Shown here: positions 36,293 through 48,999 of the stretch, in pieces
Layout of the letters: each line of letters opens with the position of its first letter
Position numbering within the stretch: the stretch's first letter is position 1
NCBI GenBank assembly: GCA_951804945.1
Contig: OX638150.1
Location: forward strand, 74,896,001 to 74,960,000
Direction: 5' to 3'
DNA length: 64,000 bases
Origin: Podarcis cretensis
Taxonomy: Eukaryota
Notes under the pieces: model-generated
The model's input: the letters and a program-made list of their open reading frames with translations, nothing else
The model's database searches: none
What the model was told of the DNA's origin: nothing
Made by a program: the position numbers and the translations under genes

Positions 36293-37665
36293 TGGTAAAG
36301 GGATCCTTAACTCCTTCCCAACATGAATGCCACAGAAATAAAGGACCTGCCAATATCCCTGTCCATCAATCACATTGGGGGAAAAGTGACTGAAGTACTG
36401 TACAAAGTCAGGCAGTTTTCTTGAGTTCCCCAGCTGTTAAACTATAACTCACATCATTCCCAGACAGCTTAGTCCAATGACCATGAATAAGCCAGTTATA
36501 CTGCTGACTGGCAAATGGCCGCCTAGAAGATCTTCCATGAGGCCACCAGATTCCAATGATGCTTTCAGTGTTCTCTGATCTTAGGACCCTAGATGCTGTT
36601 GGACTACAGCACCCATCATTTCAGGGTGCTGTGAAGTCTGTGACGAGTGAGATAAGGGGAAACGGCCTACCCATCTTTCTTGGATATATTCTTCTTTCAG
36701 GCAACACCGTTCACTAGAGGGCAATGCTTGGTCCCTGCTCTGGGATTCTTTGTCATAGTTACTCATTGCCTTGGAGATGTGACAGAACTAGCCTAGATAA
36801 GTTTGGCTTGCATTAGAGCACAAGGTGGCTGCTAATTAGCAGTAAGCAGTGACCTATGAGTTGAAGGTACTTTTTGCTTAGTGGTGTAAATTTTAGACGG
36901 ATCGCTGCATCTTCTCCAAAGGAAGTCAGAAGTAATCGCTAGTAAGTTCAGGTTGAAAATTAGTTGGTTTAGCAGCAAAGCCATGTAGTTATCTCTCCTT
37001 GAATGTTCAGCTTCCTTGAGTCTTTGTTTCATAGGAGCTAACTCAGCTCTGCATTTTGCAGCAAACCTCAGTGTTAGTGGAGTGATTTCTCCCCCCACCC
37101 CCACTCCACACACTTAATGCTGGTGCAGGTTCTTTAAATGACAATGATGCTTAGCATTCATAATCACTGCATTTTTGAGAGAAGGAATCAAATATGTTGG
37201 TAATTCCTACAATAGCACTGTAAGGTAATTCAATAATATTGCTCCCATAATACTGAGAGGCTGCGACTTGCAGGAGACCACCTTATAGATTACTTGGTTG
37301 ATTTGAAATGGGAGGCGCTTGGCTCATGGCTCACCCTCTTAACCACTAAGTAACTAAAGAAACCACCACTGGCAAAGATCAATTAACTCTGTCTCTGCAA
37401 CCTTCCTAAGACCCTGATTGTCCACAGGATTGGACAGAGGAAAACCATGCTATCGAGGAAAGAACCTAGATCTGTGTGCTTAACAAAGTGACAACAGTGG
37501 CCTGAGCTTGTGCAAGGCATAGTTTTCTTCACTTTGGGCAATGGGGATTGGTTGGTAAAGTTAGTAGCTGGAATCAGTCTCATGTTTTTCCACCAGTGCA
37601 TGTTGATTGTTGCCTCTGTGTGTCCTGGCTGTCTAATTACCCCAGTTCCTTCTGTTTCTCAACAG

Positions 37666-37901
37666 GCTATGGGGAGTCCCCAAGCTCCAGCACTGTTGAG
37701 ACAGCACAAGGCCGTGTTGCTTTCCTGCAGCAAGTCTTCAAGGAGTTGGGACTCCAGCAGCCTGTTTTGATAAGCTCTTCCATGTGTGGTCGCTATTCTA
37801 TTCCGTTCCTTCTGGCTAGTGGGGAGCAGCTGAAGGGCTTTGTGCCCATTGCACCTGTAGGCACCAAGGACTTCACTACTCAGCAGTATCAGCAGGTCAA
37901 G
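37666..37901 (+). CDS. ABHD14A: ABHD14A coding exon with nucleophile elbow (PVLISSSMCGRYS)
   Basis: ttctcaacag| ... AAG|GTAAGA, 236 nt. Confidence 0.97.
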
Positions 37902-38500
37902 GTAAGAGAGAGGGAGCTGTGTCGTGGTGTCCCTTCTAATGTTGTGGCCTGGAGCTCATTTGATAAAGATATCATGGGGGCAAGTCTTAGCACACGATTC
38001 TAGTGGTGGAGCGGAAAAAGTGAATGTCAGCCTAGTCTTCGTTCACAAGTGCATCTCTCATGCTTTGAAGGGAACCTGTGTAAAACCAATAATGTGAACA
38101 CACAGCAGGTACAGAATTTGGCATAACATCTGGCATCCCAGGGAAGTTGACCTTCATTGTTTAGAAGGAAGCTTTAGGCCTGCTTGACTTTTTTTGCGGG
38201 GGGTGGGGAGGGAATACATACTGGATTAAGGATAAGAAATTTCAGGAAAATAACAGAGTTCAGTAATTTTGAACAGTTTCCAGGCTTTTCTGCCTCTTTG
38301 GGTTTTAGTTAACCATTTTTACTCAGAGTAGATCCATTAAAATCAATGCTTATGACTGAAATTGTTTATTATTTTTAAAGGTTCTACTCTGAGTAAAAGT
38401 TAGTTTAATACAGCCTCTTGTCTCTGTTCCTGGTTAGTCATCTTTCCTACCATTCCATTCTTTCTCTGCCTTTTGCTGCCTCGGTATTAACTCTTCTGTA

Positions 38501-38742
38501 GAGTAGTATCTCGGGTTAAGAACGTAATTCGTTCCGGAGGTCCGTTCTTAACCTGAAACTGTTCTTAACCTGAAGCACCACTTTAGCTAATGGGGCCTCC
38601 CGCTGCTGCTGCGCCGCCGGAGCACAATTTCTGTTCTCATCCTGAAGCAAAGTTCTTAACCCGAGGTAATATTTCTGAGTTAGCAGAGTCTGTAACCTGA
38701 AGCGTATGTAACCTGAAGTGTATGTAACCCGAGGTACCACTG
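38501..38742 (-). mobile_element. Tc1/mariner MITE (CAGTGGTACCTCGG family), reverse orientation
   Basis: Reverse complement of the 24437 family; TA-flanked, left TIR degenerate. Confidence 0.9.
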
Positions 38743-39401
38743 TATATGGAAACAGTTTCTCTAGGTATGGAAATGTATGCTCTCTTGTTTCATCCGCCTA
38801 ATTCTGGGTACAACGCTTCTGCAGAGCAGCAGGTGCACAGGACTCCACCCAGATTACAATGAGAACAGGCTTCTTCTCTCAGTTGCACTGGCCTACCTAC
38901 TCCTTACAGCAAGAGGCAGCCACTGTGGTTCCCATCGGGTGTTGCAGACAACATTCCTGACTACTGGCCATGCTGACGAGCTTATGGGAGATGTCGTCCA
39001 CAGCATCTGGAGGGCACCTCATTTGCTACTCTTGTACATCTTTCTTCTGTGCCAGCATGTTTTGTACATTTAGTCCCTTTAGTCAGTTACGAAAAAAGCC
39101 TTTTACAAAACAAGTCGCTCCTCACATGATCGTGCAGTCATGTAAGTTTGTAATAATGTATTCCTTCGGGAGATACTTGGTTCCCAACATCCTCTTCTGC
39201 CTGAAGGTCTCTAGGTAGACTTACTTCTTTGCATCTTGGCAACAGGCACACTTGTTGAATCAGATTTATTTGGTGTACATTGAAATGCATAATTAGGAAG
39301 GAGATGTGGAGCTTTGCAAAAGTGAAGTGATGATGAGTGTTGCTAGGCATAGCAATCACCCTGGCTTCATAATCACAAAAGAAAGAAGCTGGTGGAAATA
39401 A

Positions 39402-39484
39402 GCCAATCATCAGCTTGGTAGGAAGTTTGAGATAGGGATTTACAATTGCAGATGTACTATTCCCCCTCGATTCTCACCTGATGA

Positions 39485-39515
<31 letters not shown>

Positions 39516-39749
39516 TTATTATTTATACCCCATCCATCTGACTGGGTTTCCATAAAGCAGCAGCTCATACAATATTCCAGTCATTTGGCCATTGTGTTAG
39601 TCCAGATGATGTGTACAGCATAGTATGTAGCTGACCATATGGGACAGTAGTGCATCAAACACTGGCTGTCCTATCTCAAGTAACTTTTTCCATATCTGAA
39701 TATTGTATGAGCTGCTGCTTTATGGAAACCCAGTCAGATGGATGGGGTA

Positions 39750-39815
<66 letters not shown>

Positions 39816-39901
39816 TCCTCGTCAGGTGAGAATCGAGGAGGAATAGTACATCTGCAATTGTAAATCCCAATCTCAAACTTCCTACCAAGCTGATGATTGG
39901 C
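39402..39901. repeat. Inverted duplication (arms 39402-39577 and 39698-39901, 120-bp spacer)
   Basis: Arms are reverse complements apart from a few substitutions, a 3-nt indel and microsatellite length. Confidence 0.95.
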
Positions 39902-40224
39902 CCCTATAACCTTTACACTTTCAGCTAAAATGTATATTATAAGGGTGCATAGCCTTATAGTTGTTTTCAATCTGTTGCTTTTTAATGTTCTGATTTATGT
40001 GTGCTTTTGTATGTCATCTTGAGCACTTGCTTTGGCTGGAAAGGAAGCCCAGAAATGTTACCAATACATTTCCAGCAGAGCTTTCAAAGAAGCGCCCACA
40101 AGTGCCCATACATAAAAGTATGGCATTTCTTCATCCCCAGCGCTCCAGGGATTGTACTTCCCATGCTGACTTCCACCAGGCCCTTTGGAACATTACTGAC
40201 GTGTTAATGTTTTGATCTTTCTAG

Positions 40225-40407
40225 ATTCCAACGTTGATTATCTATGGAGAGCGTGATACTGGCTTGGGCACTCAGTCTCTTCAGAGCCTTCAACAGATTC
40301 CCAAATCCAGAGTTGTCATGCTCATTGGAGCTGGCCATGCCTGTTACCTTGATAAGCCTCAGGAGTTCCACAAAGCACTCCTGAACTTCCTTGGTGAGCT
40401 GAAGTGA
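40225..40407 (+). CDS. ABHD14A: ABHD14A last coding exon (IPTLIIYGERD...[26 protein letters not shown])
   Basis: tctttctag|ATT, 61 codons to TGA. Joined CDS 272+116+236+183 nt = 268 aa. Confidence 0.97.
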   Translation: MPTLIIYGERDTGLGTQSLQSLQQIPKSRVVMLIGAGHACYLDKPQEFHKALLNFLGELK

Positions 40408-41459
40408 TTGTGGTACTCTGTATATCTGCCCTGCCCTGCCCATCTCTTCCTGGGAAAGAATTAAGGCTGAACCTTTGCCATGTCGCTGGGGTGCTGTGTG
40501 TTTGAATCTGTTTCTCCATATTTAAAAGGGCTGTAGGACTTGCTGACTGTTGACAGGGAATTGCTTCTCCCTGCTTGCTCTTGAGGCTGCTTTTGTTACG
40601 ACTGCTCCAGGCTTGACTGTCTGAATCCTGCAGAAATAATGGAACAAGGCTACATGGAGCAGAGTGACACCGTTTTCAAGCTATTTGTTGTGACTATGCC
40701 TGGAGAACTTGATCTGCACATCACTGTCAGCCTCTTGCCCCATTTTTAAGAACTGATCCCTCTGGACAATGATGCAACTTCAGCACCAGTTTCTTCTTTC
40801 AGGAGCACAAGCAGCCCATAGTTACATCGAGGCCGCACTTCTCCATCATCAGCTGACTACTTCAACTGGTGTGTACACTCCTGTTTTAAGGATTGAGTGT
40901 TTTCTACGTGTATGTTGTTTTACTGCTCTCCTCTTTCTTGGAAGGGATCTCCTCAAACTTGCCCATCGGTGGAAGGCAACTAAGTGGGCTGCCGTGCTGA
41001 ATTGTGGCACCCCAATAAGATGAAGAGAGTGTGTGTCCTTGTTTGGAAGATCTGAACAGGAACAAACCACAGCAAACACTAATATATATGAAATTGGCCA
41101 GGAGGCCTTTGAGGGACTTGGGGGAATTCTTTTTCTTTCTTTCTTTCTTTCTTTTCTTCTTTTCTTTTCTTTGGAAAAAGCACTATGTTTAAATGTCTGT
41201 TCCATTTAACTTTTGGTGATAATTGTGATGCCTTGGGAACCCAGCTGTAACAAGTTGGCTGGTTGTAGGTGATTTTGTTTTGTTAGTGTTACATAGATGA
41301 TCACCCAAGAAAGAGGAGGTGCGGGATAGAGGGAAAATGATGCTACAAGGTTTTCAGGGAATGTAGCCCATATGTTAGGGTTGTGGCTGATTGCTTCTAT
41401 TTGGTGTCATAAGCTGTTTAGGGATACTTTTTTTTAGTGTTGCACAACTGCTAAGGGTC

Positions 41460-41465
41460 AATAAA
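41460..41465 (+). terminator. Candidate ABHD14A polyadenylation signal
   Basis: AATAAA about 1.05 kb after the stop, followed by a GT-rich tract (tcttgttgggtgtatgtgt). Confidence 0.6.
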
Positions 41466-41557
41466 TAATTTGTACAGATCTTGTTGGGTGTATGTGTACA
41501 CACACATGCTAGGTAGAGACTGGGTGGAGTAGGAAAGCCTTGCCTTGAAGTAGCATA

Positions 41558-41790
41558 CAGTCATACCTTGGGTTGTGAACGTGATCTGTGCAGGAGGCAT
41601 GTTCACAACCCGCAGTGCCACGTCTGCGCACGCGTGTGACGCGCTTCAGTGCTTCTGCGCATGACGTCATTTTGTGTTTCTGCGCAAGCGCCAAAACCCG
41701 GGAGTAACCCGTTCTGGTACTTCCGGGTTCGGTGCAGTCCACAACCCGAAAACGCACAACACGCAGCGTTCGCAACCCGATGTATGACTG
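41558..41790. mobile_element. Tc1/mariner (Tigger-like) MITE
   Basis: TA-CAGTCATAC ... GTATGACTG-TA; CpG-rich interior. Confidence 0.85.
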
Positions 41791-41838
41791 TACATGCTTA
41801 TTTACTAGTTGTCATAGAAGATGGAAATTTCCCCTATA

Positions 41839-42064
41839 CAGCGGTACCTCGGGTTAGATACGCTTCAGGTTACAGACTCCGCTAACCCAGAAATAGTGCT
41901 TCAGGTTAAGAACTTTGCTTCAGGATGGGAACAGAAATCGTGCTCCGGCGGCACGGCAGCAGCAGGAGGCCCCATTAGCTAAAGTGGTGCTTCAGGTTAA
42001 GAACAGTTTCAGGTTAAGTACGGACCTCCAGAACGAATTAAGTACTTAACCCGAGGTACTACTG
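41839..42064 (+). mobile_element. Tc1/mariner MITE (CAGTGGTACCTCGG family)
   Basis: Near-identical to 24437..24662, TA-flanked. Confidence 0.92.
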
Positions 42065-45000
42065 TACATTCCTGTGTGTTGGGGTCAGCTTACTCTCTGC
42101 TCATCCATGTGAGCAAATGTAGCTTGATCTATTCTTAGCGGATAACAGGATCCCTCCCCCTCCAACTCAGAGGATGCTCAACCTCTGAAGACTTTTCCAA
42201 ATTAAGACTGAGAGACCTCGCTGTTGCCAAAGACTTCAAAGCACCTACTACAAAGGAGCCACTGCCTTTGGCTTTATGATGCCTCACAAATTAAAAGCCT
42301 GATAACAGCTCTTGGGCATATTTGTGATACTACTACAACACAACTACTAAGCATGCCCCCCCCCCACTCTAAGAAGACTTCACATGCCTTTTTAAAGCAA
42401 CATCCCACCTCAAGTATTGTAAACTTGCACTAAACATTAATAAATCCCCCTTAAAATATGTTCAGGTGATTGCCATCCTAATTCCTTTGCACACCGAACT
42501 GTTCAGGTTGAATTTATTTTAACTGCTGAGATGAATGAAATAAAAGCTTCTCCTTTGAGATTAAAGCAATTTAGTTGCCTACTAAGACACAGCAAATGTA
42601 TGTTCAGACATCTGTGAGTAGAATATCCTCAGTGGGGTCTTAGAGTTTTGTGGATGACGTGTCACGGTGCAGACTGTGAGTGGTTTGAAAGCTAACAAAG
42701 TAGTAGGTAGCTGTTCTTTATAGAGCAAAGGATAGATCTGTCTGGTGAGTTTCTGCTTTGAAAACTAAATTCCATTGCTGAGCCCCTGCGAAGTAGGGAC
42801 ACTACAGAGATAGTTCTTGCTAACTTTCAGGTCTTAAGTACTGGTGTTAGTTTAGCATGGTGTCTATCCTATCCTAGTTCTTTAAGAGCCAATGGCCTGT
42901 CTTTGGGTCTCTCATTCATCTAGCACCTTCATGCGTTTCCAGCTGACTCCTACTCACCTTTTATGGGTGACTATTTCTGGTTGTGGTACAAGTACTCATA
43001 CTTGAAAAGAGATACTGATGGAGTGAATGTGCTGCACATTAGGATTGGATATGCCTCACTGGAAGTGGTGTGCTCTTTGAGGGATGTGAAATTATAATTT
43101 ACTGTGAGTAAAATGGACTGTTATTTAATGGCTCTAGGACTTCTTATTCGCAAAATGACATGGATGGGAATTGTCTTCTGCACTTTGGCTCTTACTCATA
43201 GAGACAGCCTAGAACTGGAAAGAATGCCAAGATTCAAAGGAGCACGGAGCAGGGCAGGGTTAAATGGCACCAGATGCTCAAGATAATTATTAAAATGCTA
43301 GTTAGGCAACAGTGCACAGGATACAAAGTCCAACACTTCATTTTCTTTCCTGCACATTTGATCACTATTTTACCAAGCCAGATTCCAGTTAGGAACATGG
43401 AATGCTAGGAGCAAAATAATGGATAGAGTTCCTGCTTTGGACATTACATGACAATATGTTTGCTGTATAAAATCAGTGCTTTTAAATGATGGCGTGTATT
43501 TGACAACATACAATGGATGCAAACTGTAGCCAGTTACAGCTCATTGTCATGACATGTGTCTACTTCATGCTTTTCTATGTTTACTGCTGCAAGCACAATA
43601 AAATCTGGAGCCGGAAGCACATCCTGGTGGATGTGCAGTATGAATACACATGCTGACCAGCTCCACTGGCCAATTCTGTATCTCCTGCACACATGCAAGT
43701 CTGTATATCTGCTACAAAAATATGATATGGTCCTTAAAAACATGACCCTTTTAGTACGTAACAGAAGTATAAATAGCTGAAGAGTATACAAGAGGTGTAA
43801 ATGTACCCCTTCCTACCTCCCTTTTAAGCTTCATTTTATAACTTAATTTTTTTAGAAACTTAGAACACAACCCTTGCATAAATGGGGAGATTCCTGTAAT
43901 AAATGACATTCCTAGGATTCTTTAGGAGAAGCCACAACAGTTCACTGTTATAAAACCAACAAATACATTTCAAGAATAGTCCTAAAAGTGATTAGCATCC
44001 AATCTGGTTTTCAGAGTAATTCTCTTCTACTCTCAAGCTTTAAGCCATTCTTCCTACTTTGAGTTATTGGCCAGGAGTAAAATAAGAGCTAAAATCCAGA
44101 TGATATTTCCAGGGAAGGATTCTCACTCAGAAGTGGGGTTGTTGGTAGAGAAGGCTCCAACATGCTCCTTGAAAGAGAGTCCTTAGCCAGCCTGCTGCTG
44201 CAGCTTTTCGTCATTCACCTAGATGGAAAATGCTTCAGGCTGCCCCCTGGATCTTCTGAGTAAGTATCCTAAGTGAACTGCACACCTACAAAAGGCAGCA
44301 GCAAAGCCTTGCTGGAGGAAGGGGGTGGCTAGTCCTGAGAGTCCCAAACAGTGTTACAAGATTCCTGCCTCTGGCTCTCAGGAACCCTAAATAGGAGCAC
44401 TCCCGTTAGGGGCTGGGGATATGTATTATTATAGTTTACTGACTCGACTGGAACGGTCATCACATTGATAGATCAAGCATCTTCACTAGGCAGATGGTTT
44501 GCATATACTAACATTGATTTTAGGAACCAACTGAAACTCTTAACTTTAAACAACTGCTTTCATAAATTGGGATAGAAGCTTAGTGTTACTTCTGCCATCC
44601 TGCCTATGTCAGGTTCAATAATATGCAGAGACTTCAATGCCTGCAAATGGGACATGAGCCCATATTCTCTGTGATTAACATACGGAACAAACATCTCTGT
44701 TATTTTGGCAACCAACAAAAGTTGGAAAGAGATGGCCCTGCCTAAAACTATTTTATACTTGTTATAGTCCTCTGCTTTGCGTTGCCACTTCCTCCTCTTC
44801 AGGGCATTGCTCTTAACTAGTTCAGCATGTAACAAAGAGGAGCTGCTGGAGAGAAACTTATTCAGCAGCTTACAATAGTGCAATGTGTAAAAATGAAATA
44901 GGAGTAATTGCTCAAGAGAGCGTTGACCCTGAGCAGGGAAGATAATGGTGGTGTATTTGAATCTGAATGACAAGCCTTGAGTAAGGTTTTTAACATTTGT

Positions 45001-45989
45001 GGTGTTACTCTTCTCAGTGGAAATCTGATAGACGATAATACTACACATAAAAGGAGCACGTTGACCCTCAGAGGAATGAAAAACATAGTGTCACATTGCA
45101 TACAACCTGGCTATTGAATCTGTAAATGGCTAGTTAAGAGCTAGTTAAGTGGGATCACCATTTTTATTCAGGCTTCTGAAAGAACTGTATATGCTTGCAA
45201 TCAGTGGGAAACACCTGCCTTTTCTACACTTAGTAGCTTGCAGTGCCGGCATAGATGTGCTACATAGGATGGGTGAGAATCTATTTCTTTATCAACAGAT
45301 AAAATGCTATCTTTGTTCTTGCTATGCCTGCTGCACCCAGCACTAAAAATCGTATGCTCTGTGGATATGCAATATTTGTCAGATTGGATTTGCTACATAT
45401 TCTTTGTTCTACCTGGTGTTTCAAGCATCCTGAACAACATGAAATGAATGAGAATTGCAAGTAGCTGTACCCTTCCAGAGAAATAGAACTTTTAAGAGGC
45501 CTGCGCAGACCCACCCAAAGGAACTGGAAATTGGGCGCTGTGTGAACATGACTCTTTAGAACAAACACTCAGTCTTGCACACAGCGAGTATGGGATGACA
45601 CTTGAAATTCAGAGCATGGCACAGCAAGTGCTGCAGTACTGAGTGAGGACAGTGACCTCAAGAGGTTCTGGGAAACACAACATGCAACCATAATGAATTT
45701 GGGAAGCTGCCTGAAACTTAGGGTAATAGGATATGCACTGTCATAGCTATAGTGCCATCAAAGGACTTTGGCTGTGCAACATTCATTTGAAGATCTACTG
45801 AAGATCTGCAAGGACCTCTGCCCTTCCTGGCTGATTAAAGCCATGGTGTGGAAAGTCAGGTCCAGGGTATTACAAATGCATCATTGCATAATGTGGTGGG
45901 GCCAACCCCGCTTAAAGAGGCAGTGTTGCAGCCACTTTAAAAGTCATCCTGGAGCCAGTGATGTGTGATGACTACTAGCCAATTGCCAA

Positions 45990-46710
45990 AAACCTTTTTG
46001 AGGGGAAGGTGGTGGCAGAGCAACCACAAGTGTTGCCGGATGAAACTGGTTATCTAGATCAACTTAAATCCGAGTTTAGATCTGGTTTCGGGACTGCGTA
46101 GGCCTTGATCACCCCAATGGATGATCTGATTAGGAGGGGGGACAGGAAGTACAACCTTCTCAGTAGCTTTCGATACCACTGACAATTGTATCCTCTGATT
46201 GTGGGATGCATATCGGAGGTACTGTTCTACAGTGGTTCTATTCCTACCTGCAGTCGAGTGCAGACAGTACCATTTGGAGAGTGCTCTTCAGCTCCCTGAC
46301 ACCTGTGCTATGGTATTCCACAAGCACTGTGTTGTCCCCAGGACTGCTTAACATCTATTTGAAGCTGTTAGAAGTGGTCATTTACAATTTTGGAGCACAG
46401 TGCCATAGGGATGCTGATGACATGCAGCTCTATTTGTCCATAACATCTGAATCAGGAGAGGCTGTGCAAGCCCTGGACCAGTGTCTTAATGCAGTGGTGG
46501 ACTGGATGAGGACCCTGAGAAGACATAGGCTATATGGGGAGGTAGTTCCTATGTCCAGAAGATAGGCCAGCTGTCTATTCTGGATGGGGTTGCATCCTCC
46601 CCCAAAGGAGCAGATGTATATCTTGGAGGTACTCATAGATACATTCAAGTGACCTCTGTGGCTAGGAGTGCATTTTGCCAGCTTCATCTGCTACACCAGG
46701 TGCAGCCATA
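45990..46710 (+). mobile_element. Degenerate L2 reverse-transcriptase fragment
   Basis: Remnant motifs GTVLQWFYSYL, LSPGLLNIY and (Y)ADDMQLY with frameshifts. Confidence 0.85.
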
Positions 46711-48999
46711 TGAGAAACATGAGAACATGAGAAAATCCAGACTGAGGGAGAGGAAAGTGTGGAAAGGAAGTGTTTTAGAGAAAAACGTTATATGGACAAC
46801 CCATAATTAATGAAGGTATAGGAAACTTAACTATCCATGTTAAACAACAGTATGGATGAGACTCTGGTCTAGGCACCAATATTCCCTTCCTGCTGATTAT
46901 CTCTATGGTACAGGCAATGGTTGAAAGAACAAGGAGTACAGGAGAGCTTGCAGATTGACTGGGGTAACTGAAAGGAAGATGTGTCTAGTGCAGACATTTT
47001 GGCCGTTTTAAGTGCACCAATCTCTGCTTCATAAAGTTCAATTTATAAATAATTTAGGAGAGAGAGTTGAAGTGTCACAAGGAATTACATCTCAAAGGGT
47101 TATGTACTGTGAAAACCATTATGCATTAAATATATGCAGTAGGAGTTTATTGTGGGTTGTTGTACTCAATAAGGGTTTCGACCTGCCTTCCAGGGATATA
47201 AGAATTGCATCTGGAAATGTATGCAGCAATACTTTTCTTTTTGTGAAGTGTTACTAGTGTAAAATTGGCTATACACAGATGAGAAGGTGGTTGATGTAGT
47301 GGCTAAAAATGTGGGCTGTGAGCCAGGAAGTTCTCAATTAAAATGTAGCATCAACCATGAGTTGGCTAGATTTTATTACATTTGGCAAGCCAGTTAATAG
47401 CCCCTCAACCTTCATTTGCAATCAGGCAAAGTATGCTCTGAAGGAGGTGGATTTGGACAAGAAAGAGGTTTGAGGGGACCAGTTTGACTGCTTGAAGTCC
47501 CTTAATGATCAATGACCACCCACACCTTTTTAAAGGGGAAATTACAGGTAAAACGTTTGGAAAAGCTATGAAATAGCTGAAGATGATGGTTTATTTTTAA
47601 GCCACCATCCTCTTTCCCAGCAAGGATGGGGTCTCTGTGTGTAAAGCAACAAAGAACCCAGTTTGAATCTGAGAGCATAGGACACCTAGTCATGTATTTA
47701 AACAAGCATGCCTACTGTCTCCACACCATTTTAACCCCCCCCCAATCATGGGAACTGTAGTTTATCCCTCACAGAGCTATGGTTCACAGCACCCTTAACA
47801 AAAACTATTCAGGAGAGAAAGCAGCACGGGCCCCCTTCTGGAATAGAGTTTTGTATCAGTTTTTGTGTGTGTGCTGAAAACTGCTACTTCCTGGCTGCTT
47901 AACTCCAAAAGTTCTGTTTATTGCAAACAATAGAAATGGGGCAAATAGAAATGGATGCTTTTCAGTAGAAAACCATGAGCCTGGGGCTGCTGCTACCTCA
48001 ACTAGTTATGTTTATTTAAACATATGTCACGTGTAGCTTGGATTGAGACAGAAAGGAGAGTTGTAGTTTAGAGCTCTGGAAGGTACTGTTTGGGGATGCT
48101 CTTTGGGTAGTGATGTAAGAGCATGACTGGCTGGGGCATCCCAGCCAGATAGGCAGGTTATAAATAATAAAATTATTATTATTGTTTAGTAAGACAATAT
48201 CTGCCTTCTATCTGCCTTCACCCATCTTTAGCTTGCTAATGAACTCACATGTGACAAAAATGCTGTAGGTTTCCAGTGATTTCTCCTTCCAAAGAAATCC
48301 AGGTTCAGGTGAGTGCTGCCCTTGGAACTACTTGCCACTTGGTGCCAAACAATACTAATTTATAGGCATCTGTAAGGTTTTACAACAAAGGTAACGTGTG
48401 AAGCACTTTGAATGCTCTGAAGTACTAACATGCTAAGCATTAATTTCAGGATAATGGCTTAATTTCATTATCACTACACCCTTTGTCGGACCCTGCGTTT
48501 CTGAGCCTTAATTTTAAACTCCACATTTCTACATATTACTAATCAATCTACATATTAAAAACTCAATATAGGATATTCAGTAAACAGGCTGAGAGCCATG
48601 GCAGGTGAAGTGAGTAAAAAATATGCTGCTGTGTCGGTATTCTGCCTCCTGGTTAAGCCTAAGCTTGAACCCTGCCGCTTTTCTTTTTGGAAGGGGCAGG
48701 AGTTCAATATAGCAGAAAGAAAGTGATTAACTGAAACTTCTACATATTTATGCAGAAGTAAGTCCCGCTGGCTTTTAACAGAACTTACTTCCCCCAAAGG
48801 ACTTGCGCCCTTAGTCACGAGCTAGAACTTTTCTCAGCAAAAGTTATCCAAAGGTCTGGTGGGAGTAATCCAATATCCTTTCTTCTGCATTTTAGGAGCC
48901 CTCAGATTGTAGGAAGTTTTCTGAAAAGGACAATAGATTGATGGGCTCCCAAAGATTCGTAGGAGCCAAATAAAATGAGAGGAGTAGGGACCCCAAAGT

